Shown here piece by piece: positions 49,112 to 60,000 of a stretch of 60,000 nucleotides of DNA (position 1 is its first letter; each line of letters begins with the position of its first letter). The notes under the pieces are model-generated. The model saw only the letters and a list, made by a program, of their open reading frames with translations, did no database searches and was not told where the DNA came from. Source of the DNA: Malacoraja senta (taxonomy: Eukaryota); contig CM075993.1 in the NCBI GenBank assembly GCA_038087875.1, positions 1,056,001-1,116,000 of the forward strand. The letters run 5' to 3'. A program made the position numbers and the translations under genes.

Positions 49112-51758
49112 CTTTGGGAGAAGGACAGTTGGTGTTCTCAGAGGCTGAGGGGACATCTAAATGATATCAAAGCAGATGAGCCCTGTCAAGGGGATCAAGG
49201 GAAGAGCAATCTGACAGTAATCTGCTTTCAGCCGTGGCATAACGTCACCATTCTGCTGATGACAGGAGGAATGGCCAGGTCACTGCCACATGACAGCAGC
49301 TCAGAGGCCAGTGATCCAGGCTAATATCCGGCTATTGACACCACAACAGAAAAATAGGAGCACATAGAGTGAACAAAGCTGTCCTTGACCTCTGAACTTA
49401 TACACATCGCAATATTAATACTCAGGACAGACGAGTGCCGAATAAGAGTGCACGCAGATAGTGTCTTCAGACTGAGGTCAGATTACTTAAGTATGAAGAA
49501 TGCCGATACACCTTCTCCTGAAATGCTGCCTGGCCCGCTGAGCTACTCCAGCCTTATGTGTCTTCTTTTGTATACCAGCACCTGCAGTTCTGTGTTTCTA
49601 CTCTTTACTTAAGTACGTATTTGATAGATTGAACAACACAGCAGGGATACACGTTAACACTATCCTACACACAGGGCAATATTTACACTTACACCAATCC
49701 AATTAACCTACAGACCTGTACATCTTTGGAGTGTGGGAGAGAACTGAAGATCTGGAGAAAACCCACGCAGGTCACGGGGAGAACGTACAAACTCCGTACA
49801 GACAGCACCGGTAGTCGGGATGGCACCCGGTGTCTGCAAGGCAGTAAGTAGCTGTACCGCTCCAGCCCACCAAGTCCACACCACTTTTGCATCCACTCCC
49901 TACACACTAGCGGCAACTTAAAGAGGCCAATCAACCTACAAATCTGCACATATTTGGAATGCGGGAGGAAACTGGAGCACCCGGAGGAAACCCACTCAGC
50001 CTGAGGGTCACGATCGCTGGTTGGTGCGGACTCGGTGGGCCGAAGGGCCTGTTTCCGCGCTGTATCTCTAAACTAAACTAAAGCGTGCATACTCCACATA
50101 GACAGCACCCATGGTTAGGATCAACTCGGGTCTATGGCACTGTGAGGCAGTAGCTCTACCAGCAGCACCACTGTGCAGCCCATTTACAAATGTTCACTGG
50201 CAACAAACTAAAACCAGCACTTCCACAAAATACTCCAGAGATGCTGCCTGTCCCGCTGAGTTACTCCAGCCTTTTGTGTCTATCTTTGGTTTAAACCAGC
50301 ATCTGTAGTTCCTTCCTACATAGAACAGGTCAACACAGGAACAGGCCCTTTGGCCCACAATATCTGTGGTGAACATGATGCCAAGATAAACTAATCTGCC
50401 CCCATGCGTTTGTTACCCCTTCATTCCCTGCATATCCATATATCTTTCCAAAAGCCTCTTACACACACACACCACTATGGCATCTGCCTCCACCAGTGTG
50501 TTCCAGGTACCAACCACTCTCTGTGTCAACAAATGTTACAATGGATTTTTACCTTCTCAACTTGGCAGTCTTTCAAAGTTCAGATCCTGTGTGTTTCTAG
50601 ATTGCTAAGTTGTTTAATTTACCAATTCAACTGCTCCCTGTTACCTTGGCTCATGAGCAGGGAAAGGTCAAGAAATGCCCATGGAACTCTTTACATCTCT
50701 TCTGAAAGTGAACGGATTAGTTTTTAATGTGCCTGGCTGTTCTTATATCTTTTTTCAATGACTCGAGACGAGAGCAGATCTATGCATGTAGGTGCATGCA
50801 GCGAGAGATTTTAAGATAAGGTGATAAGCTGACATATTAAATCCAAAATAGTACCGAGGTGTCACAGTGCAGGCTTAAGAAGCTGTGAGATGACAAGACA
50901 CACCTGCTGGATCATTAACACAGTCCATGATTCACAAAATCAGCTGCCACACATGAACCATGCCAAGCAGCTTGCTTTTCTAAATTCCTATTATAGTAAT
51001 CAGAACTTCACAGGCATAAGGGGTGTTCACAGGCCCAATGGCACAGCTGTTAGAGCTGCTGCCTCACAGTGCCAGAGACCCGGGTTCAATCCTGACCCCA
51101 GGTGCTGTCTGTGTGGAGTCTGCACATTCCCCCCGTGACTGCGTGGGTTTTCTCCGGTTTCCTCCTACATACCCAAGTTAGAAGGTTAATTGGCTTCTGT
51201 AGATTGTCTGTAGTGTGTAGGGAGTGAGTGCCAATGTGAGATAACATGGAGCTGGAGTGAGCAGTGGTCGGCATGGACTGGATGGGTTGAAAGGCCTGTA
51301 ACCATGCTGTTTCTCTACATTGAAACAAAACACTGGGGCCGCATCACACAGTCACGTTACACTATAATGCGATCAAGGATTTGTTATCTGTAAAACCAGT
51401 CACAGTATTAGGTCAATGCCCTGTTTCAGTTAAGCAATTTGGATGACATGCTCGTCCATTTAAAAGATGAGAGAAAGGATGATATCTTTGCTTTAAACCA
51501 CACAGAAGGTCAATTTGTGACATCAAACTGACCAAGGATATTTTCCGCCAAGCTCATGCGTTGCAGAATGAACGGAATCAGTTGCCGTATCCCGACTTTA
51601 TCTCGCAGATGGTGTTAATCAGCACATGACCGGAAATCTCCTGCAGTTTAGTTCAGTTTATTGTCCCGTGTACCGAGGTACAGTGAAAAGCTTTTGTTGT
51701 GTGCTAACCAGTCAGGAGAAAGACAATACATGATTACAATCAAGCCATTTACAGTATA

Positions 51759-52146
51759 CTAGACCAAGTGCAGACCCGTTGGGTCTGGACCCCGAACGTG
51801 CTTCAGACCACGGGGCGAAAATCGCTAGCGAAAGAAAAAAAATGGTGGCGTTTTTGGAGCAGAGCCGGTCGGCAGCAGCCGTTATGGTGGCTGGCCAGCA
51901 GGAGGAGACAAAATGAGTGAGTGGGGGGGGGGGGGGGGATGGATTTTATTTTTAAATGTACATAAAAATGTCTAAATCTAATAAGGAGTGTGTTAGGGTA
52001 TGTAAAAGTGTAATGTCTAGCGAAATGGAAAAAATCTCGGAGTTTTCGCGTGTGGTTTTGGCGGAGCAAGGAATCAAAGGCCAAATGTGACACCCACAAA
52101 TAAATAAACACATCCACACACACACAGAGTTTTAATAGTATATAGA
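51759..52146 (-). mobile_element. Non-autonomous Helitron
   Basis: Minus strand starts TCTATATAC and ends CTAG; hairpin CAGACCC-nnn-GGGTCTG lies 8 nt before CTAG. Inserted between A and T without a TSD; (TG)n near the 5' end. Confidence 0.82.
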
Positions 52147-53789
52147 TAGATAGCTACATGATAAGGGAATAAGGTTTAGTGCAAGGTAAAGCCAGCAAAG
52201 TCTGATCAAGGATAGTGTGAGGCTCACCAATGAGGTATATAGCAGTTCACCGCTGCTCTCTGGATACATTTACAAAAGAAGTTTTCTACTGAACGAAATA
52301 AAGGCATAAATTTGCAATCATCACAGATCAATCACTTTGGATTGCTGAGAGCTGATGGACTATGCCCCAAGCCCATTCCAGCTCCTGGTTGATAATATGG
52401 TAGTTAGCAAATTCTGTCCCTGCATCATAATGTGTTTCATATTCAAACATAAATGCTGACTCGTTACATCATTAACATAATAATTTGTATTTATGTCACA
52501 CAGCGCTTTTACAGCCAATAACACTTTGGAGTACCATCACTATTATAATGACAGAAATGTGAGAACGAATGTTTGTGCAGCAAATTCCTGCAATTAGCCA
52601 CAGAGAGAAGCTTGGGCAGGCACGGACTTGATTCCTTGGAGCATAGGAGGGTGAGGAATGATCGAAGGATGTAGTTGAAGGCAGGTACAATAACAACATT
52701 TATAAGACATTTGGACAGGAACATGGACAGCAAATGTTTGGAAGGATATGGGCCAAATATGGATAAATTGGCATAAAAGCTGAGGCATTTTGAAAGGCAT
52801 GAACGAATTGGGTTATATGACTATCACTCTCCAAGTGCTCTATGAATAACAGGACTTAACAGTGGAGCAACACTGAAGTGCCCATGTCATACAAGACAAG
52901 AGGTTAACCATACCTCTTATGATTTTTACATGTCAATAAGGTCACCCCTTTCCCTCATACAGTTCAAAACAGAAAGAACTCCTAGCCTACCCAACCTCTC
53001 CCTGTAACTCCACCTGCAAGTCAAGGTAACATCCTGATGAATTTCTTCTGCACCCTTTCCAAATTAACGGCATCCTTTCCATAGCTGGGTGACTAGAATG
53101 CATGCAGTACATCAAGTGTGATATAGACAACACCTATGATAAATCTGGATACTTGGGAGGTAGTATACAGGGAATGATGAAGCATACTGCATGTTTGAAT
53201 TGGAAAAATCAGCCATAAACTCTAATTGCTGGAAGGTGCATGGTCAAAGGCACTAGAGACCAGATCTAGGATTAATTTCTGCTGCTGAGCAGCATGCTAA
53301 AGAACATACTGGAAGAAATTTGCTCGGCAAAGTAGTGGGATTTGATAAATGCCAGTGAATGTGCCAAAAACATTGTTGACCCACTAAACGAGAGTAGCAT
53401 CCCCCCAGTGACGTTGCCCGACATCACTGTCAGAGGAAGCAAAGAGAGGAGAGCTGTGGGAACAACTCAGCGGGCCAGACAGCATCTGTACAGAGAAATT
53501 ACCAGTCAACATTTTGGATCGGGACCCTACATCCAGACTGAAAGAAGAGGGTGAGTAGGTGGGACACAGAGATAGGGAGGTGGTGTGAAGCAAGTGGTTG
53601 CAAGGAATATGTGGATGGTGGTCGGGAGGGGGTTAGCTGGCATTTGGTTCTCTCAACGTGGCTTCCTCAACATCAATGACAACACACCCAGACTAGACGA
53701 CCACTTTGCCAAGACCTTAATTCTGGCCACTGTGGTTATCTGGATCTCTGGGTTGCCAGCCATTTTAATTCCCCTTTCCATTCCCCCAT

Positions 53790-54150
53790 TGTTGTATTGT
53801 TGTATATCTTTATTGTCATTTCCTGAGTATTCACATACCCAGAGGAAACAAAAAAACGTTCCTCAACCAGTGTCCATTTCAGTGTGCAGTAAAAAATAAA
53901 TAGAAGTAAAAATACATATATCATGAACAAATTAACACTCTACTCTACTAAACATCAACAGGCGTTCCGATCGGCAGCGGCACGACAGTGGCTCTGCTGC
54001 AGTGTGTCCAGGTTGGTGGTTGGTGCACGATACTTTGGCAGGGGACAAAGTCCGTTTATCAGTCTTATAACCTGCGGGAAGAAGTTGAGGAGCATCCTGC
54101 TGGTTTTGCACCTAATGCTCCGGTACCTCTTCCCAGATGGCAGGATGGAG
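53790..54150 (-). mobile_element. Third Rex1/Babar family 3' end
   Basis: FSILPSGKRYRSIRCKTSRMLLNFFPQVIRLIN. Confidence 0.8.
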
Positions 54151-54279
54151 AACACTGACCTGTCCGTCCTCAGCCTCCTCCACTACCAGGGTGAAGCCAA
54201 TTGCAAATTAGAGGAGCAGCACCTCGTATTCTGCCTGGGTAGTCTACAACCCAGCACTGATGTCCATAATTTCAGGTAA
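54150..54279 (+). mobile_element. PLE GIY-YIG C-terminal remnant
   Basis: TDLSVLSLLHYQGEANCKLEEQHLVFCLGSLQP. Confidence 0.8.
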
Positions 54280-54700
54280 CAATAGACAATAGACAATAGA
54301 CAATAGGTGCAGGAGTAGCCCATTCGGCCCTTCGAGCCAGCACCGCCATTCAATGTGATCATGGCTGATCATCCCCAATCAGTACCCCTTTCCTGCCTTC
54401 TCCCCATATCCCCTGACTCCGCTATTTTTAAGAGCCCTTTCCAGCTCTCTCTTGAAAGCATCCAGAGAACCTGCCTCCACCGCCCTCTGAGGCAGAGAAT
54501 TCCACAGACTCACCACTCTCTGTGAGAAAAAGTGTTTCCTCGTCTCCGTTCTAAATGGCTTACTCCTTATTCTTAAACTGTGGCCCCTGGTTCTGGACTC
54601 CCTCAACATCAGGAACATGTTTCCTGCCTCTAGCGTGTCCAAACCCTTAACAATCTTATATGTTTCAATGAGATGCCCTCTCATCCTTCTAAACTCCAGA
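54280..54700 (-). mobile_element. HER1/CR1 LINE 3' end (TTGTCTA-tail subfamily)
   Basis: RMRGHLIETYK...RVVSLWNSLP; (CAATAGA)n repeat on the plus strand. Confidence 0.88.
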
Positions 54701-55386
54701 GCCTGGGCACCCTCTGTCCCTTTCTCTCGCCCCCTGTCTACCCTAGTTCTCACACCCCCAGTTCCCCATTGGCCTGTTTCTTCTCTTCCTTTACCCCATC
54801 TATTCCATCTGTCCACCTTCCACACACGTCTCCCACCAGATCCTTCACCCCTACCATCCCTCTGTTGTTCCCTTCTGCCACCACCCCTGCTCATTCATTT
54901 CAACCTTTGCCTTTCTTTACCATCAGATTCCAGAACCTTCCGTCTTTTACTCTCCACCTATCACCTCCCAGCCTCCACCGCTATCTCCACCCTTCCCTCC
55001 CCGACCTCACCATTATCTGCCCTTCCTGACATATCCGTCTCTTGCTTGCTAGCTTCTTCCCAACCTCCCCTCCCACCTCAATATCCTGGCAACTTCCCCT
55101 CTACTCTTTCCATCTAGGTGAAGGGTCCCAACCCAAAACATCAGCTGGAGTAACAAGGAACTGCAGATGCTGGGTACTTGAACAAAATACAAAGTGCTGG
55201 AGTAACTCAGCAGGTCAGGCAGCATCTCTGGAAGCAACGTTGTGGACTGTCCAATTCCATCCACAGGTGTTGCCTGACCCGCTGAGTTCCTCCAGTAGTT
55301 CTATTGTTGCCATGGAATCGAGCGTCTGCATCCACTGTCAAAGGAAGAATCTACCCACTAGTCATCTCAAAGAGAAACAGTGTCTT

Positions 55387-55816
55387 ACATAGATACATAG
55401 ATACATAGAAAATAGGTGCAGGAGTAGGCCATTCGGCCCTTCGAGCCTGCACCGCCATTCAATATGATCATGGCTGATCATCCAACTCAGTATCCCGTAC
55501 CTGCCTTCTCTCCATACCACCTGATCCCTTTAGCCACAAGGGCCACATCTAACTCCCTCTTAAATATAGCCAATGAACTGGCCTCAACTACCCTCTGTGG
55601 CAGAGAGTTCCACAGATTCACCACTCTCTGTGTGAAAAGGTTTTTCCTCATCTCGGTCTTAAAGGATTTCCCCCTTATCCTTAAGCTGTGACCCCTTGTC
55701 CTGGACTTCCCCAACATCGGGAACAATCTTCCTGCATCTAGCCTGTCCAACCCCATAAGAATTTTGTACGTTTCTATAAGATCCCCTCTCAATCTCCTAA
55801 ATTTTAGCGAGTATAA
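55387..55816 (-). mobile_element. HER1/CR1 LINE 3' end
   Basis: ORF 55487-55864 C-terminus plus 3' UTR and tail. Confidence 0.9.
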
Positions 55817-58362
55817 AGCCACTACATTGCGGCAGAGTTGACCTTCCTCAACAGGAATCAGCACCCAAAGGAGAAACTATTTGTGGTTGCAGAGGTCAGT
55901 AACTTTGGTTGAGAAGGGATTAAAAATATTGCAACAAAAGATGAATTGAAAAAGGATTTCTTGACAATATCTCACATTAGATATTTATGATCTCTTACTA
56001 ACAGGGCAATGCCAAATGTTCGCTAAGTAGGTACTCATCGTAGTCCTGCTTTCTGTGACACAGTAGCCTGATCTGAACTTAAGTCTGTAATAAGCTAAAT
56101 CCACTATGAAAGAAAAACAGAGAAAAATAACAAAGTCAATGGCTTCACTCAACTAATTACTCTGTTGTTAACATATGGTGTGAATCTAGGGCTCTGCAAA
56201 GGATCATCTGTACAGCCTGCCTTAATCCACATGATAATTGTTTTTTGTGCTCTAAGAGGCCTTGTTTGTTTTCCTCCACTAAGGTGAGAGGGCAAAGTTT
56301 AAAGGAGATGAGTGGGTCAAGTAGTATTTTTTTTACACTGAGGGTGGTGAGTGCCTGGAATGCATTGCCTGGATTGGTGGTTGAAGCAGATACTTTAGTG
56401 AACTGCAGATACCCTAAGATAGACACAAAAAGCTGGAGTAACTCAGCGGGTCAGGTGGCATCTCTGGAGAGAAGGAGTAGCGATGTTTCGGGTCTCTGAA
56501 AAGAAGAGTCTCGACCCAAAATGTCACCATCAGGCAAAGACCAAGCAATGAAAAGATGGGAAATGTAGAATCTATAAGTCCAGAAAAAGTGTGAGAGGCA
56601 GCCTAAGGCAACAGGACCCCTCTGAAGCGGCCGATTCGGAAACTCCGTGCCGCTGAGAGTGTTCTTCCGTTCGAGGGCCTGAAACATCGGGCCGCCATTT
56701 GCAGTGGCTGCGGAGGCCTCAATAGGCCCTGACCACGGGTGAACACGAGGAAGAGGACTGAAGTTTGTAGCCTTCTCTCACAGTGGGAAATGTTGATTCC
56801 GTTATGGGGGGAGATGTTTTTATGTTCTATTTTAAATTCTATAGTGTTGTGTTCATCTTATTTGTGTGCTGCATGGTAACTCAAATCTCACTGCACCAAT
56901 TGGTGTAAGTGACAATAAATGTCCTTTGTCCTTTGAATCTTCAATGTTGTTTTAGATATACTGGCTTTCTTCTAAATTCCAGAGACTACAGTTCAATCTT
57001 CCTCAATGTCTCCTCATCAAAACTCTACCATCTCAGAAAGTATACAAACACGAGACAAGGAGCAGAAGAGGACCAGTGTGCACCTGAATGCGGTCCTAAC
57101 ATTCAATCCAGTGAATTCACTATGTTTTGAGTATCCTCGTGTAGGTACAGGGACTAGTAGGTACAGGGACCAGAGACTGATCCATACACAATAGGTGAAA
57201 TGGTATCAGACTGAAGCCCTGTACAATCTCAGCAAGCCTTCATAACTTTTGCATTCCAATCTGTTTGCAATAAAGGCTAACAAACAATTTGCCTTACTCT
57301 TTGCGTGTGAGCAGTACAGACTGAGGAAGGGTTGATAAAGACATGGAGAGACACAAAGATGCAAAGGAGAAGGCATAGAAAATAAAGACACAAAGGAGGC
57401 AGATATGTAAGAGACACACATGAAATAGTTCTGAAAAATGTATTAAAACTTAATGTACAACCCACTAATAATATTCACTTAAGATGCAGTTTGAAATCCA
57501 ATTGGCTCCTTGTACACTGTGACAATTCTTGATCCTTACTATCCAGCTGTCAAAAGATCAAACCCTGGTACAGTTCTATTCAGGAGAGCTTATAATTAGC
57601 AGAGAATGGTGCCAGTTATGCCTTGCCTGGTTCATAATTCATGGGCTGCCCTCACTGCCTGAGAATGAAATTAATATAGTGCAAGTGAAACTCAGTGATT
57701 AGAAATTCAATTAGTTGTGTAATTGAAATGCTTGCTCCCCTTTCAAAAGGAAAAGCAGAGCTACCAGGCACCTGAGCACCCCAGCAAATGGTTGCACCAT
57801 TATGTCCCTGCGCTATCAGATTTACATCAGGATATTGAGCATAAACTCACAGAGAAATGCTCGGCTAATGCTAGCAAACATTATAATTCACCTCTTCAGA
57901 ACTGACACGTATAATCTAGCCATCAGTCTATAGAAAAAAAGATGCATTGAGATATAATAAGCATTTTTATGCAGTGCAGTATTTAAAAGTAAGGCAGGTA
58001 GTACTAACACTGAGTTGAAACTTAACCATCTGAGACAGAGGAGGCTTTAGCATTTAAATTCTTTGTCTGCTGACTGACTGATTGATGCATCTTTCCAATG
58101 GACGGTAAAGATTAAGAGACTGACAAATAGGCATCTACTTAGTGTAAGAGGCTAATCTGCTGTGCGGGCTTGAGGAGCACAGGGAAAGCAGCAAGGCTCA
58201 TTCACACGTTGACTCCTCAGACTCCTGGCAGCAACAGTTTGAGGCTTCCAGCGATAAATCCGTCGAGGAGTGAGGCAGGATCAGACACACGGCAATATTC
58301 CCCCATTCAATTCTGGATTCTGCCTTTTTCTAAAGAGTTGGATTGTCCATTTATCTCTTAAG

Positions 58363-58528
58363 GTTGGATAGCCCCCCACTGGGGAATCCTGCTTCAACTG
58401 ATCAGCTGCTCCCAGCCCATGTTGCAAGAGGTTGTGTGCGCAGAGGTCAGATCTTCCTCTGAGGTGTAGAATGAGCAGCTCTCCAAGAGAGTTATCAGTC
58501 AGCCCAGAGTTGGAGGACAGCCAGACAG
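58363..58528 (+). other. Candidate exon in unique sequence
   Basis: Pyrimidine-rich TAAG acceptor and CAG|GTACGT donor; ATG at 58471 gives MSSSPRELSVSPELEDSQT. No homolog recognised. Confidence 0.25.
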
Positions 58529-59659
58529 GTACGTAAAAGACAGAATGAATGAGTATTTGTCTGAGAGAATGAAAGAATGAAACAATACGATAGAACTTTA
58601 TTTATCTCAGGAGGGAAATTAGTCTGTCAACAGTCATAAAACACAAGAGACTACATGAAACATGAAATTTAAGTGACGTGGGAAGTCCAGGATTTGGGGT
58701 GCGCAATGACGAGAGAGCAAATGTTCGAGGTTAACAGAAATGAAGACAGAGAGGACGAGAACATCTATGAGCAGGTATGAGAGATGGCTAACAAGGATAG
58801 CCATACAAATGGAAGAAGTGCAAGGACTGGCAAGTAGCTGGAAAGCCAGTGGAATGAAAAGGAGAGCAAGCCAGAAGCAAGGGCGACGGAAGGTAAAACA
58901 GTAAAAGATCTGAGAAAATGTGGGTGAAAGACTGATAGTCTCAGAAAAACGTGTTATTGGAGAGGAGACAGACAGATAGATGCACACACCTAGAGACAGA
59001 GTGACCGAGACCAAGATTCACTGAATTTGGTGATGATGTTCCTGTATTTGAAGTGCAATTTTGTCAAGGCTCAAATAATGGTAAACAGAGCAAGGAAGTG
59101 GCATGTTGGTAAAGGTACTACAAACACGTATGAATATTACAGCAGATTCTTGAAGCAGAGAAACATTCAAAGAATAATTAGGTGTAAATGTACTGTGTGG
59201 GCCTACAATCTAAAAAAAACATTTATGTAATAAACCCCTGGCCCTTTCGGGAACTGAAACCTACTAAATTGCATCCAGTCTGCTTTGGAAAATAATTTTA
59301 AGTATAAAATATCTATAAAACAAAGATTATTGAAATTTCACATCGAACAAAATACTGCTCTTAATTATACCCATTTATAGTATGAACCTAGAATTAGAAT
59401 GTTCATCCATTGATTATCATGGATCTATTTATGTATTAATGGTATAAATATGAATGTTGAGAGCGCACAGTTATATACTGATGTGAGACAGGCTCCAATA
59501 ATTTTGCATAAATCTCGCTGCAGCAAGACGTATCTGTAATGATACTGAAGACTCCAAGATGCCCTTCAGCTATTATCTTCAAGCTAAATTCCTAATTTTT
59601 TTGGAGTCACAGGAAGAACCACCTTTTGAGACTCTGAGAGAATCACATGTTTATCACTG

Positions 59660-59855
59660 GTAGGCAAAAATGCTGGAGAAACTCAGCGGGTGAGGCAGCA
59701 TCTGTGGAGCGAAGGAATAGGTGACGTTTCTTCAGAAGGGTCTCGACCCGAAACGTCACCTATTCCTTCGCTCCATAGATGCTGCCTCACCCGCTGAATT
59801 TCTCCAGCATTTTTGTCTACCTTCGATTTTTCCAGCATCAGCAGTTCCTTCTTAA
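59660..59855. mobile_element. Head-to-head palindromic PLE terminal insertion
   Basis: ~71-bp inverted arms (59660-59730 and 59750-59820) with a 15-bp TSD ACATGTTTATCACTG. Confidence 0.85.
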
Positions 59856-60000
59856 ACATGTTTATCACTGTTTATTGTTATTCAAAACGCTGGCATTTCT
59901 TCTTTCATATTAAGTACGATCAATATTTTTGATCTTGTGTTATTTATATTTAATTATCTGTTGAGGTAAATCCAAATCTCAGATAGGAATGAAGCGTACT

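Noticed and set aside
58700..59000. Purine-rich stretch with ENIYEQ followed by GTATGA
   Set aside because: No acceptor (it abuts a repeat), several in-frame stops downstream and low complexity.

Overview
Repeat-dense vertebrate non-coding DNA, most likely from a cartilaginous fish (skate or ray; inferred from HE1-like tRNA/V-SINEs and HER1/CR1-type LINE tails). No intact host gene is recognisable and the convincing ORFs are transposon-derived. Contents: a ~3.3 kb decayed CR1 LINE (ORF1 esterase end, then ORF2 APE-RT), many CR1/HER1 and Rex1/Babar 3' ends, HE1-like SINEs, Penelope-like element (PLE) GIY-YIG fragments, hAT and PIF/Harbinger MITEs, a non-autonomous Helitron, a solo LTR, a fossil Ty3/Gypsy RT-integrase, a HERO-like fragment, minisatellites and a ~360 bp foldback. 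The most striking signal is a PLE-derived ~100-200 bp unit with a minimal hammerhead-ribozyme-like motif (CTGAAGA-A-GGGTCTCGACCC-GAAACGTC). I counted roughly 25 or more intact or decayed copies by eye, occurring as TSD-flanked monomers, head-to-head palindromes and a tandem dimer. Coordinates were read by eye and may be off by a few bases. Family names come from motif recognition, not database searches.
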